A stretch of 55,971 bases of DNA from a virus. Taxonomy: Duplodnaviria > Caudoviricetes. The notes beneath the pieces were generated by a model, which was given only the letters and a program-made list of their open reading frames with translations, did no database searches and was not told the origin of the DNA. The number at the start of each line of letters is the position of its first letter. The first letter of the stretch is position 1. The position numbers and the translations under genes are program-made. The DNA lies in the IMG/VR virus record IMGVR_UViG_3300035676_000007, positions 1 to 55,971 of that record; one strand, given 5' to 3'. This document shows, one piece after another, positions 29,404 through 38,741 of the stretch.

Positions 29404-30093
29404 TCACCAGCGGGTGATGTCCGACCCGTGCTTGCCGATCATCTCCTCGGCCTCTGACATGAGGTGACGGTGGACGTCCGCGACGGTGGCGTTCTGCAGC
29501 GGGCAGTGGTCGTTGGTGTAGTAGTTCTGATAGGTGTATCCCCACCATGCGCCATCGCTGTCGGTGAGGGTGACCCGGCGACAGTTGCCGAGGACGATGA
29601 CGGGATCGCCCCATTTGTCGATATTTGGGTTGTACTTGGTGCGTGGGCCGTTGGGGTCGCCCTCCCCGATGATGAGATCGAAGCCGCCGTGTCCGTTGGC
29701 GACGACGCGGGGGTTGGTGTGGATCGGGGGGCAGCCGATGATCTGTCCGGGGCGGGTGTCGCCGGGACGGCGGGTCTGGTAGTTCCGGATGCCGGCCTTC
29801 CGGCCGTGCGCCGTGATGTGGATCTCCCAGATGGTGTGGTTGTCGTAGACCCGGAAGTAGGCGACGCGTCGCGCGCCCTGGGTGCGCTGGCCGGTGTGGG
29901 GGTCGCGGGTGCGGACGACGGGAAGTCCGGTTTCGGGGTCGATGATCTTTCCGGTTCGGATGGTGTAGGAGTTGACTACGTCGGCTACCCGGTCGGTTCT
30001 GCGGCATGCCTTGGCTCCGACGAACGATGATCCGATGGTGATCCACAGTTCGTTGTGGTTGGTGTCGTATGCGGTGATTGTGTAGCGCTTCAT
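29404..30093 (-). CDS. Hypothetical protein
   Basis: High GC3; own promoter upstream. Confidence 0.65.
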   Translation of the reverse strand: MKRYTITAYDTNHNELWITIGSSFVGAKACRRTDRVADVVNSYTIRTGKIIDPETGLPVVRTRDPHTGQRTQGARRVAYFRVYDNHTIWEIHITAHGRKAGIRNYQTRRPGDTRPGQIIGCPPIHTNPRVVANGHGGFDLIIGEGDPNGPRTKYNPNIDKWGDPVIVLGNCRRVTLTDSDGAWWGYTYQNYYTNDHCPLQNATVADVHRHLMSEAEEMIGKHGSDITRW

Positions 30094-30132
30094 GATATCC
30101 GCCTGTCTGCGTCGTTTGTCTTGATTCCTCCA

Positions 30133-30171
30133 GAAAATACCACACCCGTTAGGGGAGCGCAACCCCTAGCG
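30133..30171 (-). promoter_or_regulatory. SigA-like promoter with CCCCTAACG motif in spacer
   Basis: TTGCGC-17 nt-TATTTT on - strand. Confidence 0.55.
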
Positions 30172-30181
30172 GATGTGGTGG

Positions 30182-30457
30182 TCACTTGATGACCCGTCGG
30201 ACACTACGGTCATACCAACTAGACCTGCGCAGCCTGGCAGTAGGGAACGCTGGTTCCGGCCTCTTGCGATTTGGCAACCACGTCGGGGTATGCAAGCGGC
30301 GATCCGTTCGTACGGTGACACTCTTGTTAGTGATGCTGATGACGGTCCCCATCCGCTCAATAGATCCACCACTTCCGGTAAATCCGTTGTCGCGTGTCGT
30401 GAAGACGAGCACATCGTTGATCTTTACATTTGCGAATTCAACAGGAACGTTTTCCAT
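30182..30457 (-). CDS. Hypothetical protein
   Basis: AGGAG RBS; TAATG overlap. Confidence 0.6.
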   Translation of the reverse strand: MENVPVEFANVKINDVLVFTTRDNGFTGSGGSIERMGTVISITNKSVTVRTDRRLHTPTWLPNRKRPEPAFPTARLRRSSWYDRSVRRVIK

Positions 30458-30831
30458 TAATTACTCCTGGTGGCGTGTTGACGGTGATACGCGCGGAGGG
30501 CCGTGATGACGTCGTCGAGTCGGCCGGACTCGACCGAGGTGACGAGGCGCTCGAACCGGGTCGGCTCGTTGTCCTCCAGGAGGGAACGTGCCCAGGACGT
30601 CTCGGTCTCGATCGGGCCGTTGCGGTATCCGTCGAGGTCGGTCGCGCGGGTGCGGATCGCGTCGATGACGGCCGAACGGCGGGAGGCGGAGACGTTGTGC
30701 CGGGGGGCGGTCTTCGCTGTCGGGGTGGTGAAGCCGGCCCCGAAGCAGTTGAAGCACTGGCCGTGGGCGAATTCGCCGGTCCCGCCGCAGCGCCTGCACT
30801 GCCGTGCGCCCTTGGGTGTCGGGATGATCAC
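30457..30831 (-). CDS. Protein with DnaJ-type zinc finger motifs
   Basis: CRRCGGTG and CFNCFGAG; GGAGG RBS before GTG. Confidence 0.65.
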   Translation of the reverse strand: MIIPTPKGARQCRRCGGTGEFAHGQCFNCFGAGFTTPTAKTAPRHNVSASRRSAVIDAIRTRATDLDGYRNGPIETETSWARSLLEDNEPTRFERLVTSVESGRLDDVITALRAYHRQHATRSN

Positions 30832-30862
30832 GGTTCCTCCTCGTTCGGCTTGGTTCACCCCG

Positions 30863-30906
30863 AATATACCAAGGGCGTTAGGGGTACACAACCCCTAACG
30901 CCCTTG
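30863..30906 (-). promoter_or_regulatory. SigA-like promoter inside a perfect 16-bp inverted repeat (operator-like)
   Basis: CAAGGGCGTTAGGGGT-acaca-ACCCCTAACGCCCTTG; TTGTGT-17 nt-TATATT on - strand. Confidence 0.65.
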
Positions 30907-30919
30907 TGGGTGAACCGGA

Positions 30920-31936
30920 TTACTTCGCCCCGACCACAACCCCGTCAGCACCGACGACGATCGTGCAGTTCGGGTTCGCGGCGCACGCCTTCGCGGCCTC
31001 CAACTGCGCCTCGATCTCCTTCAACCGCAGGTACGCCGGGTCGTTCGCGGCCTTCGACAGCAACGCGGCCTTGTCCACCTCGGCGCGCGCCGCGATCAAC
31101 GCGGCCTCCGCCTCGGCCTTGGCCTTGTAGACCTTGTTTCGGGCCTCGGCGATCCCGGCGTCAGTGAAGTTGATGTCAGAGATAGACACCCGGATCGGGG
31201 GACACGTCCCCTCGACCTTCCGCGTCGACGTGGTCCCGTCCGCGTTCAGAACCAGCTCGTCCCAGGTGGTCTTCCGACCCCCGGCGTAGCCGGTGCCGCA
31301 GAAGAACTCCCCGCCCAGTTTCGCCTTCAACTCGCTCATGAACGTGTCACCCAACTTGGATTCGATCTTCGCCCACACGGCCCCGACGTTCGCATCGAGG
31401 TCGTCGGCGAGGTATTGCATGGTCTGCTCGCGCAGCGCCTTCTCCTCGGCCGGGACCAACGTGTTCGTCAACATCGTGATCCACTTTTTCTGGTTGAACC
31501 CGTTCTCCCCGTTGTCCGAGATCCCGTACCGGCGTCCGGTGCGCTCCCAGAACTGCACGATCGGGGATGACTTTCCCCCGGTGCAGTCGACGTTGAGGTA
31601 GAAGTCCGCCGTGGCGAATATCGACACGGACGGTCCGGGTTGACCGTCGGTAGACGGTTTCGACCCCGACGTGATCGGGGTCTTCGAGTCCCCACCGTCG
31701 GGCCGGATGTTCCAGGTGCGTTGGTTGGTGGGGAGGGCGTAGATCTCGTCGTCGATGGGGTACGACCCGGACTCGCCGGGTTTGATGCATTCCTTGAACT
31801 CCTTGTTTTCCCCGGCACCCGACGCGTAGTACAGGATGATCTGGTCGGAGTTCGCGCGGGTCGCGCAGCCGGCCGTGGTGGACGCGACGATGGCGACCAG
31901 GCCGAGGGTGATGAGTGTTCGGACGTGGCGGTTCAT
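30920..31936 (-). CDS. SPFH/band-7-like lipoprotein
   Basis: Lipobox-like TAGC; C-terminal Ala/Glu coiled coil. Confidence 0.65.
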   Translation of the reverse strand: MNRHVRTLITLGLVAIVASTTAGCATRANSDQIILYYASGAGENKEFKECIKPGESGSYPIDDEIYALPTNQRTWNIRPDGGDSKTPITSGSKPSTDGQPGPSVSIFATADFYLNVDCTGGKSSPIVQFWERTGRRYGISDNGENGFNQKKWITMLTNTLVPAEEKALREQTMQYLADDLDANVGAVWAKIESKLGDTFMSELKAKLGGEFFCGTGYAGGRKTTWDELVLNADGTTSTRKVEGTCPPIRVSISDINFTDAGIAEARNKVYKAKAEAEAALIAARAEVDKAALLSKAANDPAYLRLKEIEAQLEAAKACAANPNCTIVVGADGVVVGAK

Positions 31937-32229
31937 CGGTTGGCGATTCCCATCTCTTGGCGGTACCCGTCGATGATTCGACGGGCCTCGGATTCGGTGT
32001 TGTTCGTGAGGATGTTCCCGGCGTACGGACCGTCGAGGGTGGTGGCCTCGACCATGCCGTGGAGGAGGCGCATGGCGTCCCGGTAGCGGTTGATGGTGGT
32101 GGTGGACAGGCCGAGTGCCCGGAGGCTCAGGGCCTGGTTCCGGCGGAGTCCGGAGCGGTATCCGATGGCGATCCCGGTGACGAACATCGCCGGGATGATG
32201 ATGACGAGCGCGAGAATGATCACTTTCAT
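31933..32229 (-). CDS. Membrane-anchored hypothetical protein
   Basis: N-terminal TM; ATGA overlap. Confidence 0.6.
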   Translation of the reverse strand: MKVIILALVIIIPAMFVTGIAIGYRSGLRRNQALSLRALGLSTTTINRYRDAMRLLHGMVEATTLDGPYAGNILTNNTESEARRIIDGYRQEMGIANR

Positions 32230-32243
32230 GGGTGGGTCACCTC

Positions 32244-32792
32244 TCAATGGAACACGGCGAGTGCAACGGACATGGTGAACGTGGTCGTCGCCCCGACGAG
32301 GGTGACGGGGTAGACCACCTTGGTCTCGATCGGGCCTCCGCACTCGATCCGGTAGCCGTACGGCAAGTGGATCGGATCTTGGCGGAACGGGCCGAATGCG
32401 GGTGCTCCCCGGTAGGTGAGGCAATCTCCGGCGATATGGGTGATCCACCCTACGGATACGGCGAGGCCGATCCACCACAGCGACGGGTGGATGAGGTGGG
32501 CGATGGTTCCGAGGACGGTTCCGGTGAGCAGGCCGGTGGTCGCCCAGTGGGTGAGGCCCCGGTGTCCGAACGCGGCCTCGATCGCGTCGGACATCCCGGG
32601 GATGATCCGGTTGATCTGCTGTCCGGGGCTGCTGTTGGGGTGGTCGGCGTCGGGTGCCTTCGCCGCTGCCCACGCGATGAGGGCACCGGCGAGGGTGACG
32701 TAGTAGGGGTGGTCGGCGTCGAGCGCGCGGGCAAGGGCGTCTCCGCTCGTCCATACGGCGATGCCGGTCATGGCGTGCGTTCGCGTCATCAT
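32244..32792 (-). CDS. YdjM-like membrane metal-dependent hydrolase
   Basis: TH..G, PDADHP.S, HRGLTH, HIAGDCLT..G.P. Confidence 0.85.
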   Translation of the reverse strand: MMTRTHAMTGIAVWTSGDALARALDADHPYYVTLAGALIAWAAAKAPDADHPNSSPGQQINRIIPGMSDAIEAAFGHRGLTHWATTGLLTGTVLGTIAHLIHPSLWWIGLAVSVGWITHIAGDCLTYRGAPAFGPFRQDPIHLPYGYRIECGGPIETKVVYPVTLVGATTTFTMSVALAVFH

Positions 32793-33055
32793 GGATGGTC
32801 GCTCACCGCGCGTGGTGGGATCTTCTTTCGGTTGCCGGTTCTGGGCATCGACCGGATCGCGTCGAGGAGGAGTGGGCGCTGGTAGCGGAGGGTGTCACGG
32901 GGGCCGTACCGGGGGAGTGCGGGGACGTGGTACTTGGTGAGCATGTCCCGGACGGTTCTTCGGCTAAGTCCGGTCACGGACACGAGGTCAGCGATCGTGA
33001 CGATCGGATTGACGTTCGTGGCCGTGACCAGGTGCCACCCTTTCGGATTGGTCAC
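32789..33055 (-). CDS. Excisionase-like HTH protein
   Basis: TIADLVSVTGLSRRTVR; MPRTGNR. Confidence 0.55.
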   Translation of the reverse strand: MTNPKGWHLVTATNVNPIVTIADLVSVTGLSRRTVRDMLTKYHVPALPRYGPRDTLRYQRPLLLDAIRSMPRTGNRKKIPPRAVSDHP

Positions 33056-33879
33056 TTTTCGTCGTCGGGGGGGTTGTCCCCGGCGTTCTTGCACATGCCC
33101 ATGCCCATTCCCATGGCCCTGCGGTAGGCGAGTCCGGTGTTGATGTCGTCCATGGGGATGTCGAGGCCAATAATCGCGATTCCCATGTCCTTGACCACGT
33201 CGACGGTCACGGCGAGCATCACCTGTTCGTCGGTGAGGGCTTCGATGCCCATGACCTCACACGCGGCCTCATACTGGTCGCGGGTGTAGGTTTCGAGGTG
33301 GAGGCCGGCTGCTTCGAGGTGATCGACGCGTTTGCGGAGTTCGATGCAACGCTCGATGGCAAGACCAACAGACCTGCGAAATCCGAGCCTGATCTTGACC
33401 ACGTTGGTTGGGTCGACGACGTCGTCCGAGATGTATCGGCCGTCTCCGCACTCGCAGTATGCGTGCTTGATGTCGTCGTCGTTTTCCGGTTCGAACCCGG
33501 CGATCCGGCACGCGGCCTCGTACAGGTCGCGGGTGTATACGGTGATCTGGACGTGGCCGGTGGGGTCGGGGTTGACGATCCTGACGGCCTCGTCGTCGTC
33601 CCGGTAGGGCTCGGTGAGGATCCACTTTGGATCGGTGGTGGTGCCGTGGTTGACGCACGTTGCCCCGTAGGGCCACGGCTGGTCTCCGAGGCCCTCGACG
33701 ATCCGGCCCTCGATCTCGAATACGCCTTTCCAGAGGGTGTTCGCTGCGGTGAGTCGGTCGGCTGTGCGTTGGGCCTGCCGTGACGTCGGATAGACGTATT
33801 TCCGGATTGTCTCGCCATCGGCGGTGACGTAGAACTGCCCGGATTCCTCGCTGACGCCGTAGGTTCGATCGATGAACAT
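33052..33879 (-). CDS. Hypothetical protein with internal repeat
   Basis: YTRDLYEAAC / YTRDQYEAAC; GAAGGGA RBS. Confidence 0.7.
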   Translation of the reverse strand: MFIDRTYGVSEESGQFYVTADGETIRKYVYPTSRQAQRTADRLTAANTLWKGVFEIEGRIVEGLGDQPWPYGATCVNHGTTTDPKWILTEPYRDDDEAVRIVNPDPTGHVQITVYTRDLYEAACRIAGFEPENDDDIKHAYCECGDGRYISDDVVDPTNVVKIRLGFRRSVGLAIERCIELRKRVDHLEAAGLHLETYTRDQYEAACEVMGIEALTDEQVMLAVTVDVVKDMGIAIIGLDIPMDDINTGLAYRRAMGMGMGMCKNAGDNPPDDEK

Positions 33880-34023
33880 GTCATCCCTTCGTTGGTTGAC
33901 TTCACCTGAGCGTACGCCATGATGGCGTGTTTTGGTGCACGCGCGCTACCCATATCGACCTTATGGCGCGATTGTCATCATGGGTAAATGGCGCATGTCG
34001 TACCCCAGGCGTACCCTTACGGT

Positions 34024-34215
34024 ATGACAACTACCGACCGTGAGCGCCAGCGCGTCATCGATTCCGTGACCGTGGCGTTCCTCGCCGGAATCGACGAGGC
34101 GGAGATCCGCTGTCTCGTCCAGACTGGCCTGGACGCGGCCGGCCGGATCGAAGCGGCACGCGCGCCGATCGACTGGGATTCGCTTCCCACGATCGGATCA
34201 TCGCTGGTATTTTGA
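34024..34215 (+). CDS. Small hypothetical protein, probably leaderless
   Basis: TACCCT 6 nt before ATG. Confidence 0.5.
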   Translation: MTTTDRERQRVIDSVTVAFLAGIDEAEIRCLVQTGLDAAGRIEAARAPIDWDSLPTIGSSLVF

Positions 34216-34274
34216 TATCGTCGTGGCACAGCGAAGGCCCCGGGTAATCGGCCCGGGGCCTTCCTTTTGCGCGA

Positions 34275-36515
34275 TCAGACTTGTGTCCGGTGAAAGTATC
34301 GGTCACCGTCCTTGTCCAGCTCGCCGTACTTCGTCGTCATGGCCTTCAACACCTCGTAGAGATTTCCTCTGCTGTACCGAAATCCCTCGTCTTTCAAGAT
34401 TGACTCGATCTCCCCGGCCCGGAGGCCGTTTGGGTAGACGTCGGTCACCATGAGGTTGAGGCGCTCGCGGAGGGTCGTGGTCGGGGCGTCCGGGATGGTC
34501 TCCCCCGCCTCGGTCTCCGCGACCGAGGTCGTGGTCGTTGCCGGGTGGTCGATCGGGCACTGGCCTTCCAACATCATGTGCTGGTCGCTGGTCAACAAGT
34601 CGAAAACGTCCTGCTCGGACGTCACGGTTGGGATGCTCGGACCCCGGGTCTTCGCTTCCTGATTCCGGCGTCCGCCCAACCGGTCGACCTGGTTGAGGAG
34701 GCTCGCCGTGGCGGAACCGGCCCGTGGTGCCGCTGGGACGTCCGTGGTGGTCGCACGCCGCCCGGTGGGCGTGTCGGGGTCCTCGCCACGCTCGATCGCG
34801 GCGAGGCGTTCTGCGCGACGCTGGTGCCTACGGGTGTAGGCGCAGCCGTTGGTGACGTCGACAAGCGCAGGGTGGTCGAGGAGCTCTTCGTAGTTCTCCG
34901 GGTCGCGTCCGGAGAACACGTCGACAAGTTTGATGTTGGCGCAGATGGCCTGTCCGGCCTGATCAAGTTCGGGGCGGAGGTTCGCGCAGGCGATCGCGTG
35001 TTGTTCGACAAAATCGGGGACGACGTCGACTGACCGTCCGATCGTCGGCCGGTAGTCCTCCGTGGTTCGGTAGATCCACGCGGACCCGGTGTGCATGAGG
35101 CGTATCCGTCCGGGGTTACGGCCGAGGACGTGGTCGTATTCGCCTTCCTCATCCATCCGGAGGCAGACGCGAATCGAGCACACGGCGCGGAGGGCCTTGT
35201 CCAGCAGGTCGGCCGTGCCACGCAACACGCTCATGATGACGCGGACGCCGGTTTCCCGGCCGATCTGGGCGAGGCTGGAGATCTGGGAACATACGATTTG
35301 TCCGAGGACGCTGGCGGCCTGGCGAACCTCCCCGCCCTCGTCCGTGATGACGACGACGGCGGGTTTACGGGGGGACACGGGGAGGACGTTGGTTCCCGCG
35401 TCACGGCGCATCTGGACGGCTTCGCGGTCGGTTTTGCGGCCCTTCGCGATTCCCTTCGCGCACGCCATGATCACGGCTGATTCTTCCTCGGTGTCGCCCA
35501 ACCAGTCGATGATCGGCTTCGACGCTTTGCCCTCCTCGAATGGGCGGTTCCATGGTGCGCCGAGACCTCCCCCGTTGAAGTCGATCACCCAGATCAGGGC
35601 GTCGGTGCACCGGGCGAGGTAGGCGATGATCCTGTTCAGCAGGGTGGTCTTGCCCGATCCGGTGGTTCCCCCGACGATCATGCAGAAGATCCTGAGACAG
35701 ACCATGAACCAGGTGCCCTGCGGGGAGCGCATGAGCGGGAACGGGTCGTTGATCGACGCCGGGATTGCCGTCTCGTGGTCATCGAGACAGATGTGGTCCT
35801 TGAGGCAGTCGCGGAGCATGACCTGTATGACGGCCTCGCACTGGTAGTCCCCGTCAAGGACCGTGACGACGCATCCCTGGGGGAGGCGTAGCTGCGGGGA
35901 CGATTGGATCTTGCCGCACAGGTCGACGAGGTCCCGGGGTTCCATGCCCTCGACGAGGGACACCCGGATGTCCATCCCGTCGTCGGGGATTTCCCACGGC
36001 GTGATTTTTACTACCGTGATGTTGGTCTTGGACAATCGGCGGAGGAGGGCCTGCATGTCCTCCTCCTGCCGCGTTCGGCCCGGGGGTAAGCCGTAGTTCG
36101 GGTCGGCAGCGCGGGCTGCTGCCTCGGCCTCGGCTGCAGCCTCCGCTTCGGCTGCGGCGATCGCGTCGAGTTCGGCCTGGGTCGGGGGGACAGGGAGGGC
36201 GAGCATGATCATCGTGCCGGTGGCGACCCCAACGGCGAGGACCACGATCCCGAGGGCCGTGATCCCTGCCGTTGCCGCGACGCTGGCCCAGACCGATCCG
36301 ATCGCGACGCACCCGGCTGTTGCTGCGGCCCGGATCGGAGTGGTGCGGGTGTACCGGGCCGCGTAGGTGACGAGGGCGATAAGCATCCCTGCCGCTGCGG
36401 GTGCTACGGCAGGGATGTCCGGGATGGTGCGGCATGCGAGTGCTGTGGCGACCGGGCCGAGGAGGCCGATCGCCACGTAGGACGGGACATGGTTGGTGGT
36501 GGTGGTGTGTTTCAC
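34275..36515 (-). CDS. traB: FtsK/SpoIIIE-family conjugative dsDNA translocase (TraB-like)
   Basis: N-terminal TMs; Walker A GGTTGSGKT; WVIDFNGGG..PW; Walker B VVITDEG; C-terminal wHTH-like domain; GGAGGA RBS before GTG. Confidence 0.8.
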   Translation of the reverse strand: MKHTTTTNHVPSYVAIGLLGPVATALACRTIPDIPAVAPAAAGMLIALVTYAARYTRTTPIRAAATAGCVAIGSVWASVAATAGITALGIVVLAVGVATGTMIMLALPVPPTQAELDAIAAAEAEAAAEAEAAARAADPNYGLPPGRTRQEEDMQALLRRLSKTNITVVKITPWEIPDDGMDIRVSLVEGMEPRDLVDLCGKIQSSPQLRLPQGCVVTVLDGDYQCEAVIQVMLRDCLKDHICLDDHETAIPASINDPFPLMRSPQGTWFMVCLRIFCMIVGGTTGSGKTTLLNRIIAYLARCTDALIWVIDFNGGGLGAPWNRPFEEGKASKPIIDWLGDTEEESAVIMACAKGIAKGRKTDREAVQMRRDAGTNVLPVSPRKPAVVVITDEGGEVRQAASVLGQIVCSQISSLAQIGRETGVRVIMSVLRGTADLLDKALRAVCSIRVCLRMDEEGEYDHVLGRNPGRIRLMHTGSAWIYRTTEDYRPTIGRSVDVVPDFVEQHAIACANLRPELDQAGQAICANIKLVDVFSGRDPENYEELLDHPALVDVTNGCAYTRRHQRRAERLAAIERGEDPDTPTGRRATTTDVPAAPRAGSATASLLNQVDRLGGRRNQEAKTRGPSIPTVTSEQDVFDLLTSDQHMMLEGQCPIDHPATTTTSVAETEAGETIPDAPTTTLRERLNLMVTDVYPNGLRAGEIESILKDEGFRYSRGNLYEVLKAMTTKYGELDKDGDRYFHRTQV

Positions 36516-36543
36516 GGCGTCCTCCTCTCCTGGTGTGGGTTGG

Positions 36544-37977
36544 TCAGGTGTCTTTCTGGGCTTCGCCGACGTCGCTACGCTTTTCCTTCTCGACCCCTCC
36601 GCGCATGCCGGCCAGGCGGTCTTCGTCGCCGGTGTGTTCGGTGCGGTAGAGCGGCCCGAGGGCGTTCGCATTGCTGGCGATCTGGCCGAGTGCCTCGGAG
36701 ACCTTCGGGAGTCTGCTTAGGGATGCCTGGACGTCGTCCAGGAGGGCGATGACCTTTTTCGACGCGGGCAGTTCGTGCTCGCCCTGGTTGTGGAGTCGGA
36801 TGACGGCCTGGACGATGTTTTCCAGGTCGGCCTCCGTCCGGCGGAGCTCGCGCTGCTTTTCCAACAGGGCGGCTTCGACCGTGGGAAGGCACCGACCCCA
36901 TGCCTGGAGGCTAGGGGTTCCGTGGGTTTTGACCATGGTGCTTGATCCTCCTTGTGGTGTGGCAGGTGTGTCTGACGTTTCCTTGCCAGCTGGTTCTTTG
37001 GTGGTGTCGTCGACGTCGGTGGTGTCGGGGTCGGTCGCGTCCCATCCCTTCTTGAGTTCCTCGGTGGTTCGGGCGAGGATCCCGGGACTGTCGTCCTTCT
37101 TGTCGTGTTTGTCCTTGTCGTGGCGGTTTTGGTCTCCGAAGATGTCCCAGCCAAGTCCGTTGCCGCGTCCGTTGCTACCGGTTCCCCGACCGTCGCCGCG
37201 TCCGTTGCTACCGGTTCCCCGACCGTTGCCGTGTCCGCTGGTGCCGGTGGGGCCGAACAGTCCTCCGAGGCCGTTGCCGCGTCCACCCCGGCCGTGTCCG
37301 CCACCGGTGCCGTGTCCGCCGGTTCCGGTGCCGCGTCCGCGTCCGCCGGACAGGTTTCCGAGGCTCCGGCCGTGTCCGCCACTGGTGCCGTGTCCGCCGG
37401 TTCCGGTGCCGCGTCCGCGTCCGCCGAGGAGTCCGGCGAGACTCCGGCCCCGGCCGTTGCCGGTGCCGTGTCCGCTGGCGCCGTGTCCGGTGCCGCGTCC
37501 GCGTCCGCGTCCGCCGAACAGTCCTCCGAGGCCGTTGCCGCGTCCACCCCGGCCGTTTCCGCCACTGGTGCCGTGTCCGCCGGTTCCGGTGCCGCGTCCG
37601 CGTCCGCGTCCGCCGAGGAGTCCGGCGAGACTCTGGCCGCGTCGGTTGGTCCCGGCCCCGGTACCGGTGGCGCGGTTCCGGCCGCGTCGCCCGAACCGGG
37701 TGATGAACACGATCAGGGCGATGACGGCTATCGCGCCGTGGATGATGAGCCAGCGCTGCCATGATCCGAGGGCAGCGACGAGGGCGAGTTCGGCTGTGGC
37801 GACCACGAGGAGAACCACAATCAACGTCTCAAGACTGATTTTCCGTTGGCTACGCTGTGTAGTTGGTTTTGAGGTAGTGGTCGGGCTGGTGATTGGTACG
37901 GCCGGTGTCGGTGGTGGCGGGGTCCCGGTTGGAGTCGGTGGTGGTGTGGGTGCCGGTGACGGGGTTGGGGTAGTCAT
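36544..37977 (-). CDS. TraA-like membrane protein with Gly-rich repeats and C-terminal coiled coil
   Basis: Directly upstream of traB; Pro/Thr N-terminus, two TMs, GRGRGTG repeats. Confidence 0.55.
   Translation of the reverse strand: MTTPTPSPAPTPPPTPTGTPPPPTPAVPITSPTTTSKPTTQRSQRKISLETLIVVLLVVATAELALVAALGSWQRWLIIHGAIAVIALIVFITRFGRRGRNRATGTGAGTNRRGQSLAGLLGGRGRGRGTGTGGHGTSGGNGRGGRGNGLGGLFGGRGRGRGTGHGASGHGTGNGRGRSLAGLLGGRGRGTGTGGHGTSGGHGRSLGNLSGGRGRGTGTGGHGTGGGHGRGGRGNGLGGLFGPTGTSGHGNGRGTGSNGRGDGRGTGSNGRGNGLGWDIFGDQNRHDKDKHDKKDDSPGILARTTEELKKGWDATDPDTTDVDDTTKEPAGKETSDTPATPQGGSSTMVKTHGTPSLQAWGRCLPTVEAALLEKQRELRRTEADLENIVQAVIRLHNQGEHELPASKKVIALLDDVQASLSRLPKVSEALGQIASNANALGPLYRTEHTGDEDRLAGMRGGVEKEKRSDVGEAQKDT
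37150..37640 (-). repeat. Imperfect coding tandem repeats (Gly/Arg-rich)
   Basis: Repeated GTGCCGTGTCCGCCGGTTCCGGTGCCGCGTCCGCGTCC blocks. Confidence 0.85.
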
Positions 37978-37997
37978 GATTCCTCACTGTGTGTGAC

Positions 37998-38121
37998 GTG
38001 TCGGGGGTGAGTGGTGTCGGGGTGGACCAGCGGTTTGGAGAAGGCCGGTTTCCAGGGATTTCGCGGCTGTCTGGGGGGTGTCGGGGTGACTGTCACCCCT
38101 GACACCCTGACACCCTGACAA
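37998..38121. repeat. GACACCC/GGTGTC short repeats in both orientations
   Basis: GTGTCGGGG x3, then CCCTGACA x3 in tandem. Confidence 0.75.
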
Positions 38122-38147
38122 TAACACTGCGTAGATGGTGGCGTCTT

Positions 38148-38360
38148 TCAGAATGCTCCGGCGATCCAGTTCACGAACGTGGTGACACCGGAGACGACAC
38201 CTGCGATCCAGCCTCCGAACGTGGTGTCGGTATCACCAGCGATGTAACCGAGGGTGACGAATGTGGTGACCAGTGCTGTCGTGGCGAGACGTCGCGCGGA
38301 AAAGAAGATGTAGAGGCCGGTCGCTATGGCGAGCAGCGCGGCGAGGACGGACGAGGTCAT
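38148..38360 (-). CDS. Small membrane protein (Spd-like)
   Basis: 70 aa, almost entirely hydrophobic; GGAGG RBS. Confidence 0.6.
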   Translation of the reverse strand: MTSSVLAALLAIATGLYIFFSARRLATTALVTTFVTLGYIAGDTDTTFGGWIAGVVSGVTTFVNWIAGAF

Positions 38361-38659
38361 TGGGATTTCGCCTCCAGATCGACGGTGTAGCAGTACGTGG
38401 TTCCACTTCGGTGGACTTCTACCTCGAACGTCGTGTAGTCGCGGAGGAGTTCGAGGGTCCAGACCCGCGCCTGGTCACGGGCCGACTTTTCGGTGACGAA
38501 CGTCGCGGGTTCCCGAAGTCGCCGGGTGTAGCAGTCGATCGCCGTGACGCGGTATGCCTGATCGTTTCGGTAGAGGGTGATCTGTGCTCCCATGGGGGTT
38601 CGGACCATGATCCACTCGTGTACTTCGAGTGGGATCTTGTTGTTCGGCCGGTCCGACAC
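38357..38659 (-). CDS. Hypothetical protein
   Basis: GGGAGG RBS; ATGA overlap. Confidence 0.6.
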   Translation of the reverse strand: MSDRPNNKIPLEVHEWIMVRTPMGAQITLYRNDQAYRVTAIDCYTRRLREPATFVTEKSARDQARVWTLELLRDYTTFEVEVHRSGTTYCYTVDLEAKSQ

Positions 38660-38741
38660 AGCGCCCTCCCTAAATGGTCTCCCGTCAGTATACCGGCGTG
38701 ACCTTAAATAGCCAACCTAGGGGGGCAGACTTGCTTGGTTG

